Assembly (NCBI GenBank): GCA_039809465.1
Contig: JBDHVB010000001.1
Coordinates: 10,465 to 74,464 of the forward strand
Direction: 5' to 3'
Origin: Myxococcota bacterium
GTDB lineage: Bacteria > Myxococcota > XYA12-FULL-58-9 > JALHOP01
Length of the DNA stretch: 64,000 bases
The notes below the pieces were generated by a model, which did not search any database, had not been told where the DNA came from, and was given only the letters and a program-made list of their open reading frames with translations. Shown piece after piece: positions 1 through 9,079 of the stretch (the stretch's first letter is position 1; the number at the start of each line of letters is the position of its first letter). A program made the translations under genes and the position numbers.

Positions 1-1335
1 GGCTTCGGTCTCTACCCGACGCCCGAGTCGCTCGACCGCTTCGTCTTCGCGCCCTACAACGCCTACCTCGCGGGCATGTACGACGACGTGCCGAGCTTCG
101 ACGGCGTGCCGCTCAAGAGCCGGCACAACGGCACCATCTTCGCCTGGGAGCTCGAGGGCTTCTACGGGAACATCGCGCCGATCATCCAGGTCTTCTACGA
201 CCACGGCCGCACCGATCTGTTCGTCGACATCTTCGCGACGCTCCACAAGCACTACGGCAGCCGCGATAGCGACTTCACGCAGTCGACCCATCCCAGCGCC
301 GAGCTCTACGCGCCCAACACTGGTCTCGTGCGCTTCGAAGGGGCGATCTCCCAGGCGCTCGAGGCCAATCCGCTCGGCGGCGTCGGCCGCGCGCTCGCCA
401 CCTTGCGCGGCATCAACGTCGGCGGCGTCGATGGCCGCACCCGCGTCCTCGCGCTCTTGCGTCAGCTGGTCCTGCCCGAGCTGAACACCGGCCTCACCAC
501 CCGCGTGGGCCGCTCCTACACTGTCCGCAATGACGGCCAGGTCGTCGACAACATCACGCCCGTGCTGCTCGTCGTCGACGCCTTGCGTAACATCGACGCG
601 GCGCTCGACTCCGATCCCGAGCTCTCCGCCGCCGTCGGCGACGGCCTCAAGGGCCTGGTGGGTGGGCTGCTCGACAGCAACGGCACGCGCATGGCGAGCG
701 CCGACACCGCGCCGCTCGCCGCGCAGCTCCTGGGCTTCGTCGGCGCGCGCGTCCAGGAGCACACGGCGGCCGGCGACTTGAACGCTTGGGCGGACGGCCT
801 CGATGACCGCTTGCAGCAAGTGCTCGAGGAGCCGCTGGTGCAAACGCTGGTGCCGCTCGGGAGCCTCCTCATGCGGGAGCCCGAGGCACGGGCGCAGGTC
901 GATGCGCTGCTGCAGCACCTGGTGAGCGATGGCGCTTACACCAGCACCATCCAGGGTCTCGGCGATGCGTTGCAGCTCCTCGATGACGAAGTCGACCTGC
1001 GGCCCCTGGCCCGCTCGCTCGCTATCGCGGCCGATCCGAAGAACGGCATGATCCAACGCGGCATCGGTCTGATGCAGGCGATGGCCACGGTCGACGAAGG
1101 CAAGGCGCTCCCACAGTTGCTCACGCGCCTGGTCACCCACCCCGAGGACCGAAGCGCCGAGACTCCCGTCGAAGCGCTCATCGACATCATGCTCTCGGTG
1201 AACCGTGGCAAGCCCGGCGCCACGACCCCACGCACGCGCGCCGACTACGCCAAGTCGCTCAGCACGCTGCGCCTCTTCCTCGCCGACCCGGACCGCGGCC
1301 TCGAACGACTCTATGAAATCATTGCAAAACGTTAG
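1..1335 (+). CDS. hypothetical protein (5' partial, ORF runs off window start)
   Basis: Open frame continuous from nt 1. No recognisable motif. Lies upstream of a FadL-like OMP gene. Confidence 0.4.
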   Translation, partial: GFGLYPTPESLDRFVFAPYNAYLAGMYDDVPSFDGVPLKSRHNGTIFAWELEGFYGNIAPIIQVFYDHGRTDLFVDIFATLHKHYGSRDSDFTQSTHPSAELYAPNTGLVRFEGAISQALEANPLGGVGRALATLRGINVGGVDGRTRVLALLRQLVLPELNTGLTTRVGRSYTVRNDGQVVDNITPVLLVVDALRNIDAALDSDPELSAAVGDGLKGLVGGLLDSNGTRMASADTAPLAAQLLGFVGARVQEHTAAGDLNAWADGLDDRLQQVLEEPLVQTLVPLGSLLMREPEARAQVDALLQHLVSDGAYTSTIQGLGDALQLLDDEVDLRPLARSLAIAADPKNGMIQRGIGLMQAMATVDEGKALPQLLTRLVTHPEDRSAETPVEALIDIMLSVNRGKPGATTPRTRADYAKSLSTLRLFLADPDRGLERLYEIIAKR

Positions 1336-2782
1336 TTGCCGCTCGTCCCGCCTGCGGCGGCGTGGCCTGTCTGGTTCCGCAAAGGCAGCGTCGTCGCCCG
1401 CCCTCCGCTTGCTCATCCCGTTCGTTCTTCTGTGCGTGTCCGCCAACGCGTACGCAGGTGGGCTCTTCTTGGCGCCGCGTGGCGTGCGTCCCTTGGCGCG
1501 CGGCGGGGCGTTCGTCGCTGGCGCGGACGACGTGCACGCGCTCACGTACAACCCGGCCGGCCTCGCCTTCGCGGACAACCAGGTGCTCGTCGACGTGGCG
1601 ATGTCGTTCTACAAGGTCGACTACACGCGGCGCATCACGCCCGACGGCGAGCCCATGCCCATGGTCACCGGCGATGGCTTGCACCTGCCGCTGCCGAACA
1701 TCGGCATCGTGCACGACTTCGGCTTGGGCCCCATGTGGACCTTCGGCGCGAGCCTCGGCGCGGACACACCCAACTTGCAGAACTGGCCCAAGTCGCTCCC
1801 CGACGGCAGCCCCGCGCCGCAGCGCTACGCCATCGAGTCGTACGGCGGCACCGCAATCGTGCGCTTGGCGTTGGGCGGCGCCATCCGGCCCATCCCGCAG
1901 CTCGCCATCGGCATGTCGCTGCAGGCGATGCTCGGCACCTTCGCGGACGTGAAGTCCGTCTCGGCGTGCGACGGCGTCATCTGCACCCAAGCCGAGGACC
2001 CCGAGCACGACACGCGCATCCAGCTCGTCGCCAAGAACCTCGTCGCGCCCGGCATCCACTTCGGCGTCATCGCCAACCCCATCCATTGGCTGCGCCTGGG
2101 CGTCGCCTGGGAGAGCGGCTACAACGTGAGCCGCGTCGGTGAGCTCAACGTGCGCTTGCCGACCGCCGCCGAGTACGACGCCGCGGCCGTGGACCCCGAG
2201 CGCGCGAAGGCTCTGCTGAAGCTGCGGCTCCCCTGGTCGGCGCGCTTCGGCATCGAGGCGCGCAACGCGCTGGTGCGCGTCGAGCTCGCGGCGGTGCACG
2301 ATCACTGGTCGACGTTCGACCGCGTGAGGATCTCGCCGCAAGACGTGCGGATCAACGACGTGCTCGCCATCGGCGACTACCAGATCGCCGACATGTTCAT
2401 CGAGCCGCACTTCAAGAACATCTGGTCGTTCCGCCTGGGTACCGAGTGGACCCCTGAGATCGACGGCAAGCGCGACCTCGTGCTGCGCGCTGGCGCCTTC
2501 TACGAGCCGTCCGCGATTCCGGACGAGCGCTTGAGCCCCGAGTGGGTCGATCTCGACAAGCTCTTCATCACCGTCGGCGCCGGCTACCGCTGGCCCAAGG
2601 TCGCGCTCGATGGCACCTTCGCCTACGGCATCCTCGAGAGCCGCAGCATCCGTAACAGCGAGGTCCTGCAGCTGAACCCCCTGCGTCCGGCCTTCCCGGG
2701 CCGCACCGCGATCGGCAACGGCGATTACAGCGGAAGTGACTTCATTGTTGGCCTGTCGCTGCGCTATTTCCTCGGCGAATGA
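1313..2782 (+). CDS. FadL/TodX (OmpP1) family outer-membrane transporter for hydrophobic compounds
   Basis: Signal peptide (RRRG...LLIPFVLLCVSANAYA). N-terminal FadL-type motif GGLFLAPRGVRPLARGGAFVAGADDVHALTYNPAGLAF. Size (~490 aa) fits a beta-barrel. The start (ATG 1313 or TTG ~1409) is uncertain. Confidence 0.55.
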   Translation: MKSLQNVSCRSSRLRRRGLSGSAKAASSPALRLLIPFVLLCVSANAYAGGLFLAPRGVRPLARGGAFVAGADDVHALTYNPAGLAFADNQVLVDVAMSFYKVDYTRRITPDGEPMPMVTGDGLHLPLPNIGIVHDFGLGPMWTFGASLGADTPNLQNWPKSLPDGSPAPQRYAIESYGGTAIVRLALGGAIRPIPQLAIGMSLQAMLGTFADVKSVSACDGVICTQAEDPEHDTRIQLVAKNLVAPGIHFGVIANPIHWLRLGVAWESGYNVSRVGELNVRLPTAAEYDAAAVDPERAKALLKLRLPWSARFGIEARNALVRVELAAVHDHWSTFDRVRISPQDVRINDVLAIGDYQIADMFIEPHFKNIWSFRLGTEWTPEIDGKRDLVLRAGAFYEPSAIPDERLSPEWVDLDKLFITVGAGYRWPKVALDGTFAYGILESRSIRNSEVLQLNPLRPAFPGRTAIGNGDYSGSDFIVGLSLRYFLGE

Positions 2783-4278
2783 GACGCCTCCTCACCCCCG
2801 TCGTCTGCGCCGCGGCCATTGCCTGCGGCAGCGGTAAGAACCGCCCCGCCGTCACCCGCCTCTCGCAAGAGGCGACCGCCACCGATCCCAAGCTCGAGAG
2901 CTGCGACCTCGACCTCTCCGACGGCAAGCTCCCCTCGAGCTGCGGCACGCTCGTCGTGCCCGAGCTGCGCTCCGACAAGGAGAGCGCGACCCTGCGCATT
3001 CCGTTCCAGCGGTCAAAGCAAGGTGACGGCACACCGCTGCTCTACATCGGTGACGGCCCAGGCAGCTCCGCCTATCAGTTCATGCCGCCAACGGCGCTCG
3101 TGCAGGGCCGCGACCTCTTGCTCGTGGGCGCGCGCGGCATCGACGGTGGCCGCTCGCTCGATTGCCCCGAGGTCGGCATCGCGCTGAAGGGTCCTTCGAG
3201 CAGCTGGATCCCGGAGGTCCCCAAGGCGTTCGACAACTGCATGACGCGCTACAAGCAAGATGGCGTGCGCCTCGAAGGCTACGGCGTCCTGGAGCGCGTG
3301 GCGGATCTCGTCCAAGCGCTCGAGCTCAACGGCATCACCAAGGTGCATCTCGTCGCCGACGGCTTCGGCGCCGTCCTCGCGCTCACCTTCGCGCGCCTCC
3401 ACCCCGAGCAGGTCGAGCGCATCGTGCTCATCGCGCCGACTCCCGCCGAGCAACCGGTCGGCAGCAGCAAGGACGCCGAGCGCGTGCTGCGCAGCTATGA
3501 CGCGAGCGTGGCCGACGCCGTGCGCGACCTCCCGCTCCCGGCGCGCTGGATGATCTACGGCATCGACCGGGAGCGCGTGCGCCTCGCGACCAGCATGCAG
3601 CTCGCCTATCGCCGCGGCGCGCTCGCGAGCGTCGGCGCCTGGAGTGACGCGCTGCACGGCGACTACGCGGGCATTGCACAGGTGAGCTGGGGCGCGGAGG
3701 TCATGCTCGGGAGCAGCTTCGTCTGGGGCGAGGTCGTGCCCATGCTCGCGAGCCTCGATCCCGATGGCGTCGAGATGGTCGACGGCGATCCCACGCTGCC
3801 GTCCGCGACGCTGGTGACGGCGCTTGGGGGCCTTGGCCTCGTGGCGCGAGCGCTCCCCGAGTTTCCGCCGCTGCCGACGGGGATGGTCGACAAGCCCACG
3901 CTCGTCATTCACGGCGATCTCGATCCACGTTACTCCCCCGAGACCACGGCGGCGGCCATGCGTCGCGCCTTGAGCCAACCAACCTTCACCCGCATCGCAG
4001 GCTACGGCTCACCGAGCGAGCTCTGGGCCGTGGCCCCCGACCTGCTGACGCACACCATCACGAGCTTCCTCGACGGCGGCGCGGCGCCCAGCGACCTTGC
4101 ACCACCACTCTCGCCCCCCACCATACGTCTATCGACGCTGGCAAAGCTCATTTTGACCGCGATGGCGGCCTTCCCGCTCGCTGGCGGCGTGCTGGTCTTC
4201 CTGCTCTTCCGGCGCCTGCGCCGCACCATGGCCCGCGACGCAGCGCGGCAGTCGACGCCCCGAGCCCCGGTGCCTTGA
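2779..4278 (+). CDS. lipoprotein with alpha/beta-hydrolase fold and C-terminal TM anchor; nucleophile Ser apparently replaced by Gly
   Basis: Lipobox AIAC|GSG. HLVADGFGAV aligns with the HLVGHSMGG elbow. Hydrophobic C-terminus LILTAMAAFPLAGGVLVFLLF. ATGA overlap with the upstream gene. Confidence 0.45.
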   Translation: MRRLLTPVVCAAAIACGSGKNRPAVTRLSQEATATDPKLESCDLDLSDGKLPSSCGTLVVPELRSDKESATLRIPFQRSKQGDGTPLLYIGDGPGSSAYQFMPPTALVQGRDLLLVGARGIDGGRSLDCPEVGIALKGPSSSWIPEVPKAFDNCMTRYKQDGVRLEGYGVLERVADLVQALELNGITKVHLVADGFGAVLALTFARLHPEQVERIVLIAPTPAEQPVGSSKDAERVLRSYDASVADAVRDLPLPARWMIYGIDRERVRLATSMQLAYRRGALASVGAWSDALHGDYAGIAQVSWGAEVMLGSSFVWGEVVPMLASLDPDGVEMVDGDPTLPSATLVTALGGLGLVARALPEFPPLPTGMVDKPTLVIHGDLDPRYSPETTAAAMRRALSQPTFTRIAGYGSPSELWAVAPDLLTHTITSFLDGGAAPSDLAPPLSPPTIRLSTLAKLILTAMAAFPLAGGVLVFLLFRRLRRTMARDAARQSTPRAPVP

Positions 4279-4325
4279 TTAGCCGTGTCCCGTCGCGCAT
4301 AGTCTCCCGCAGGCGAGGTGTCGTT

Positions 4326-4514
4326 ATGTTCGGTCTCGGAACGTCTGAGCTTCTCATCATCCTGGTCATCGTCATGCTGGTCTTCGGCGCCTCGCGTCTC
4401 CCTCAGCTCGGCCGCGGCCTCGGCGAAGGCATGCGCAGCTTCAAGGACGCCATCAAAGGCGAAGACAAATCCGCCTCCAACAACCCGCAAGACCAGTCCA
4501 AGAAAGAGGCATGA
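4326..4514 (+). CDS. tatA: Sec-independent protein translocase TatA/E
   Basis: MFGLGTSELLIILVIVMLVFGASRLPQLGRGLGEGMRSFKDAIKGE is a canonical TatA TM plus amphipathic helix. An RBS-like aggcgagg lies upstream. Confidence 0.85.
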   Translation: MFGLGTSELLIILVIVMLVFGASRLPQLGRGLGEGMRSFKDAIKGEDKSASNNPQDQSKKEA

Positions 4515-4696
4515 GCAGCGGCGACGTCCGCGTTCAGTGCCCCTACTGCTTTCAGATCATCGACCTCTCGCTCGACCCCGAAACCCGCGGCGTGACCATC
4601 CAAGACTGCGAAGTCTGCTGCCGCCCGTGGCAGCTCACGGTGAAGAGGCGCAAGCGGGATGGGAAGCTGCTCGTGCGCTGCGAGCGGGCGCAGTGA
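4511..4696 (+). CDS. CPXCG-type cysteine-rich zinc-ribbon small protein
   Basis: CPYC...CEVCC pairs in 61 aa. Start overlaps the tatA stop (ATGA). Confidence 0.45.
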   Translation: MSSGDVRVQCPYCFQIIDLSLDPETRGVTIQDCEVCCRPWQLTVKRRKRDGKLLVRCERAQ

Positions 4697-4858
4697 TGAA
4701 AAAAGAGGAAGCCCGCCGCGCACCGTGCGTGACAGGCTTCCCCAATCACCCCGACGGACACCCGTAGTCAGTCCGTCAATTCTATCCACGTGCCGTTGCG
4801 TGCGGCGGCGGGCGAGGCTCTGCGCACAACTCGCAAGAGCGCTCGCCGCCTCCCGCCC

Positions 4859-5998
4859 TTACTTCTCCACCTTCAGATCTTCCTCGACCGCACGCACACC
4901 GGTTTGCGAACGGGCAATGGTCGCGGCGCGGACCTGATCGCTCAGCGAGGCGACCTCGCCGGTCAGGCGCACCACGCCATTCTTGGCGTCGACATCGACC
5001 TTCTCGAAGCCCTTCATGTTCTTGAAGGCAACCGAGACGTTCTTCTCGATGTCATCGTCCTTGGCGGCAACGACCTTGCGCTCCGAGCTCGGCACCACCT
5101 GCAGGTCGTTCTTCACCTTCACGACACCGCTGACCTTGCGGACGTCCGCTTCAGCGGCAGTCTTGGCCGCGGCGTTCGGCACGATGCCGAAGAGGGTCAC
5201 GACGCCGTCATCGGTGTCGACGTTGATGTCGAGCGCCGGCACGCGCGAGTCACCGATCATGCGGAGCTTCGCCGCCGAGGTGATCCGCGCGTCGCTGCTC
5301 GTGCTCACGGTCTTGTGGCCGGCGGCGCGGGTCTTGTGGGCCGCGTCGTCCATCTTGTCCTTCGCCTTGTCGGTGGCGGCGTTGGTCTTCGCGGTGATGT
5401 CGCGGCCAGTGGCGCGCGCGTCGTCCTTCACGGTGCCGACGGTGGTGCCGGTGGCGCGGGCGCTCGCGAGCGTCGCGTCGTCGTCCGTGGTGATCTCCGA
5501 GGCGACGCGCTTGACGCCCTTCGTCTTGGCGACGGTGCGTACCGCGCGCAGGTGCTGATCCATCGTGTCGGTCTCGCCACGCAGCAAGACGACACCGTCA
5601 TTCACCGACACCACGTTGATGTCGTCCAGCGACTTGTCGGCCTTCAAGGCCTTCTCGGCCGCCGTCTTGATGTTCGCGTCGGACTCCTTGACGGCCTTCT
5701 CCTGGCTCGCCGGGACGACTTGCAGCAGGTTCTTCACCGACTTCACGCCGTCGATGTTGCGGGTGAGCGCCTCGGCGCGCTGCTTCTCCATGTCGGTCGT
5801 GACTTTACCGTGGAGCACCACGACGCCGTCGTTGGTGTCGACGTTGATGTCGGTGCCGCTGACGCCGTCGGACGTGAGGAGCTGGAGCTTGGCCTTGGTG
5901 GTGATCCAGCCGTCCGCCGCGGCGTACGCCGGCGCGGCGAAGGTCACACCCGAAAGAAGAATGCCCGAGAGGGCGACGCTCTTGAGAACGGTCTGCAT
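4859..5998 (-). CDS. periplasmic BON-domain (OsmY-like) protein with about four BON repeats
   Basis: Signal peptide MQTVLKSVALSGILLSGVTFAAPAYA. Repeated units of the DGVV.L.G.V.....K-type BON consensus. GGAGG lies 8 nt upstream of ATG 5998. Confidence 0.7.
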   Translation of the reverse strand: MQTVLKSVALSGILLSGVTFAAPAYAAADGWITTKAKLQLLTSDGVSGTDINVDTNDGVVVLHGKVTTDMEKQRAEALTRNIDGVKSVKNLLQVVPASQEKAVKESDANIKTAAEKALKADKSLDDINVVSVNDGVVLLRGETDTMDQHLRAVRTVAKTKGVKRVASEITTDDDATLASARATGTTVGTVKDDARATGRDITAKTNAATDKAKDKMDDAAHKTRAAGHKTVSTSSDARITSAAKLRMIGDSRVPALDINVDTDDGVVTLFGIVPNAAAKTAAEADVRKVSGVVKVKNDLQVVPSSERKVVAAKDDDIEKNVSVAFKNMKGFEKVDVDAKNGVVRLTGEVASLSDQVRAATIARSQTGVRAVEEDLKVEK

Positions 5999-6237
5999 AC
6001 GAAGATGCCTCCATTGGGTACTGCTATTTGGTGGGCCAATCAGAGCAAGGCGCATGCCGCTTCGGAAAATCAGGTGGTTGCGGGGATCCGCGGCCGGAAG
6101 ATGTGGCTCGTTGCGCCACACTGTGGCCGATCAGTGCCAAGCGATCAGTCCGCTAAAAGAACCACCAACGCAAAACGCGCGTCGCAACCGAAGGGCTACG
6201 ACGCGCGTTCGCGGATGCGCGGATGTGACGCGTACGA

Positions 6238-7092
6238 CTACGGGCTCGTACGGCTCGCGCCCATCGTCGCGGGGTTGTTACCGACCACGATCTCGACGCG
6301 GCGGTTCATGGCCCGACCCTCGGCGGTGCGGTTGTCGGCGATCGGCGCCGACTCACCCATGCCTTGGACGCGGAGCTGGTCGCGGTTGACGCCGCGCTCC
6401 ACGAGGTAGTCGTGCACCGCCAGGGCGCGCGACTCGGAGAGCCGCTGGTTCAACGCGTCACTGCCGCGTGAGTCGGTGTAGCCCTCGATGGTCAGCTGGC
6501 GGTCAGGCATGCTCTGGAGCACCGACGCGACTTGATCGAGGCTTTGCCGGGCACCTGGCAACAAGTCCGACTTGCCGGTCTTGAAGAGCACGTTGCCCTG
6601 GAGCGTGATCACCTTGCCGCGCTCGGTCTCCTTCATGGCGCCTGCCTGCTGCAGCGCGAGCTCGGCCTCACGCGCGCGCCGTAGAGCATCGTCGCTCTCG
6701 GCGCGGGCGGCCGCGAGCTGGGCGCGTTGCGAATCCGAGATCTTGTCGCGGAGATCCGCGGCCTCGGCGTCGGCGACGCGCTGGTTCTCTTGCTGCATGG
6801 CGATGCCGCCCATGGTGGTGGCGACGCGCGCCTTGCGGTCGGCGACGTACGCGAGATCGTACGACTGCTGCGCGTCGTCGTCGTCCGCGAAAGCGGCTTC
6901 GGCGCGGTCGAGCGCTTCCTTGGCGTCGGCGAGCTCACCCGGCGCGTACTTCGCCGCCGGACCTTGCGCCGCCATTTGATACTCTTGGCGCGCTTGCGCC
7001 AGAGCGTCCGGCGTGTGCGCGCTGCATGCCGCGAAAGCGAGCGGCGAGACCGCAAGCCCCAGGACGGCGACGCTGTTGACGAGACGTTTCAT
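6238..7092 (-). CDS. OmpA-family lipoprotein (DUF4398-like N-terminus, coiled coil, OmpA C-terminal peptidoglycan-binding domain)
   Basis: Lipobox LAFAAC. C-terminal TIEGYTDSRGSDALNQRLSESRALAVHDYL...NRRVEI is the OmpA_C signature. Confidence 0.7.
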   Translation of the reverse strand: MKRLVNSVAVLGLAVSPLAFAACSAHTPDALAQARQEYQMAAQGPAAKYAPGELADAKEALDRAEAAFADDDDAQQSYDLAYVADRKARVATTMGGIAMQQENQRVADAEAADLRDKISDSQRAQLAAARAESDDALRRAREAELALQQAGAMKETERGKVITLQGNVLFKTGKSDLLPGARQSLDQVASVLQSMPDRQLTIEGYTDSRGSDALNQRLSESRALAVHDYLVERGVNRDQLRVQGMGESAPIADNRTAEGRAMNRRVEIVVGNNPATMGASRTSP

Positions 7093-7095
7093 GAC

Positions 7096-7491
7096 TTACT
7101 GCCCCTGGATGGTGCGGCCGCTGTCGACCGAGTTGGAGTTTTGACGCGACTGCAAGGTCTGCAAGCGCAGACGGGCCTGGTCGGCCTCCGTCGACGCGAC
7201 GCCATAATTGGCGATCGCCATGGCGAGCTCACCGTCGGCGGCCGAGCGCTTGAGCACGTAGGTCGCCTCGAGGTTTTCCTTGTCAGCGATCAGCTTCTGA
7301 CCCTGGTCGAGCTGCTCCTGGGCGAGGCGTAGGTGATAGGCCGCTTCGGTGTTGTCCGCGGCGCCCATTTGCTGGGCACGCGCCACGTTCGCCTGGGCGG
7401 CGGCCAGCTGGTCCGAAGGTACGGGCACCGAGGCGCAGGCAAAGGCCCCGAGTCCCAAGAGCAAGGCGGTTGCCGGTAATCTTAGCTTCAT
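7096..7491 (-). CDS. small DUF4398-like lipoprotein, co-operonic with the OmpA-family gene
   Basis: MKLRLPATALLLGLGAFAC lipobox. Helical Q/A-rich body. Ends 4 nt before the downstream gene start. Confidence 0.5.
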   Translation of the reverse strand: MKLRLPATALLLGLGAFACASVPVPSDQLAAAQANVARAQQMGAADNTEAAYHLRLAQEQLDQGQKLIADKENLEATYVLKRSAADGELAMAIANYGVASTEADQARLRLQTLQSRQNSNSVDSGRTIQGQ

Positions 7492-7634
7492 TGGATGTGT
7501 CCCCCGCCGCGACTCTTCGCAAGAGCTATGCCCATGCCGAAAGTCGCGGTTGTGCGCTGAGTTACGCGGCCACGTCGGGCCGTCCCTGCGGCAAAAGGCG
7601 CCCAGCGACGTCAAAGTGCCCCGGCGCTTCGGTG

Positions 7635-8555
7635 CTAGCCGCCGAGCTTCTGGCGCGCGTCCTTCTTCAAGGTCTCGAGGTCGTCGAGCGTCTTCGGCCA
7701 ATCGCGCTTCAAGAGCTGCGATAGCGAACGGTCGGCGAGGAGCTTGCCGGCGTTCTGGCACTTGGCGCAGTAGTTCGCCTCGTTGTCGGCGTAGCGGATG
7801 CGCTGCACGGCCGCGCCACAGCGGGGACAGGGTTTGCCATAGCGGCCATGCACCGCCATCTCCGGGTGGAAGGCCGTGACCTTGTCGGGGAAGGCGTCAC
7901 CGACCTCGGCGCGCAGGCGCGCGGTCCAGTCACGCAAGACCTCGCGCATCGAGGCGATGAGCGTCGCCATCTCGCCGTCCGAGAGTTTTTGGGTCTGCTT
8001 GAAGGGCGAGAGCTTGGCGTGATGCAGGATCTCGTCGGAGTAGGCGTTGCCAATGCCCGCGAGCACGGTGGGATCGGTGAGGGCGCGCTTGATGGTGTGG
8101 TTGCCGCGGCGCAGGGCCTCCGCGATGGCGGTGTCCGAGGAGGCAAAGACGTCGATGCCGCCGCGATCATGCTCGGCAAGACCGGCGCGGCCGGCGATGA
8201 GATGGATGGAGGCGCGCTTCTTGGGGCTCGCTTCGGTCAACAGGACAGTGCCGCGGTCGAGCTCGAGCAGCGCCAGGGCGAGCTTGTTGGCCGGCACCGG
8301 ACCGGGCTCACGCCAGCGCAGCCGGCCGGCGATCATCAGGTGGATGACGATGAACAGCTCACCCGACAGCGCGATGACGATGCGCTTGCCGATGGCTTGG
8401 ACGCCCACGATGGTGCGCCCTTCCACGGCGGTGACCGTCGGCTCGACCGTGCGTAGGACGAACGGCGACAGCAAGCGCAGCCGCGTGACCGTCGCACCTT
8501 CCGCCTTGGCGCGCAGGCGCTCGACGTAAACCGTGATGTCTGGCAGCTCGGGCAT
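7635..8555 (-). CDS. Fpg/Nei-family DNA glycosylase/AP lyase
   Basis: N-terminal MPELPD (catalytic Pro2/Glu3). H2TH region. C-terminal zinc finger CPRCG...CAKCQ. Confidence 0.8.
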   Translation of the reverse strand: MPELPDITVYVERLRAKAEGATVTRLRLLSPFVLRTVEPTVTAVEGRTIVGVQAIGKRIVIALSGELFIVIHLMIAGRLRWREPGPVPANKLALALLELDRGTVLLTEASPKKRASIHLIAGRAGLAEHDRGGIDVFASSDTAIAEALRRGNHTIKRALTDPTVLAGIGNAYSDEILHHAKLSPFKQTQKLSDGEMATLIASMREVLRDWTARLRAEVGDAFPDKVTAFHPEMAVHGRYGKPCPRCGAAVQRIRYADNEANYCAKCQNAGKLLADRSLSQLLKRDWPKTLDDLETLKKDARQKLGG

Positions 8556-8588
8556 GCGGCGCGCGACCTGAGGCGCGCCACCTTTATA

Positions 8589-8846
8589 TCAGGCCCGCTT
8601 CAGCAGGGCGCCAGACTTGCGCACCGCGCTCGTGAAGCTCGCCACCGTCGACTTGACCTTGGCAAGAGCGATCTCCGCCCAGCGGAACTGCTTGGCCAAG
8701 ACCGTGAGGCCGGCGACGATGAAGAGGACGCCCGGGCCGGGGAGGACCAGCATGACGACGCCCAAGGCCAAGAGGGAGAGGCCCGCGATGGTGACGCCGA
8801 TCTTACGTACTGATTTGATCGTGGCTTCCATCGCTAACGCTTCCAA
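8589..8846 (-). CDS. PGPGW-motif small transmembrane protein
   Basis: VMLVLPGPGVLFIVAGLTVLA with a PGPG motif and two TM helices. Confidence 0.4.
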   Translation of the reverse strand: MEALAMEATIKSVRKIGVTIAGLSLLALGVVMLVLPGPGVLFIVAGLTVLAKQFRWAEIALAKVKSTVASFTSAVRKSGALLKRA

Positions 8847-9079
8847 TCCCTTTCTAAATCATCGGCAAGCGTCGCGTATTCGTTGCGGCTTGCTCTCCAA
8901 GTTCATGAGCATCAACCGTGCCACCGCGCGGGAGGCTCAAGAACGCGGTTTTGCGCGGTTCTGGCGCGCATGTGTGTCCGCGTACTCTGACCGCTATGTC
9001 ATGGGCGGACACATGTTCGTGTCCGCGCGTTTGCGTCCCCATCTTGTGACCCCCAGCACGCGATGGCAGACAGCTCGCC

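Noticed and set aside
516-1235. Short antisense/overlapping ORFs (516-872 -, 530-781 +, 936-1235 -) inside the first CDS
   Set aside because: A/R/S/P-rich translations typical of off-frame reading of high-GC coding DNA. No RBS or motifs.
1319-2410. 363-aa and 268-aa ORFs antisense or offset within the FadL-like gene
   Set aside because: R/G/A-rich, overlapping a motif-bearing gene. A GC artefact.
3013-3978. 321-aa minus-strand ORF inside the lipoprotein gene
   Set aside because: Arg-rich antisense frame. The sense frame has a coherent hydrolase fold.
4790-6409. 539-aa plus-strand ORF overlapping the BON-domain gene
   Set aside because: Antisense to a well-supported BON protein that has a signal peptide and RBS. 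R/G/L-rich composition.
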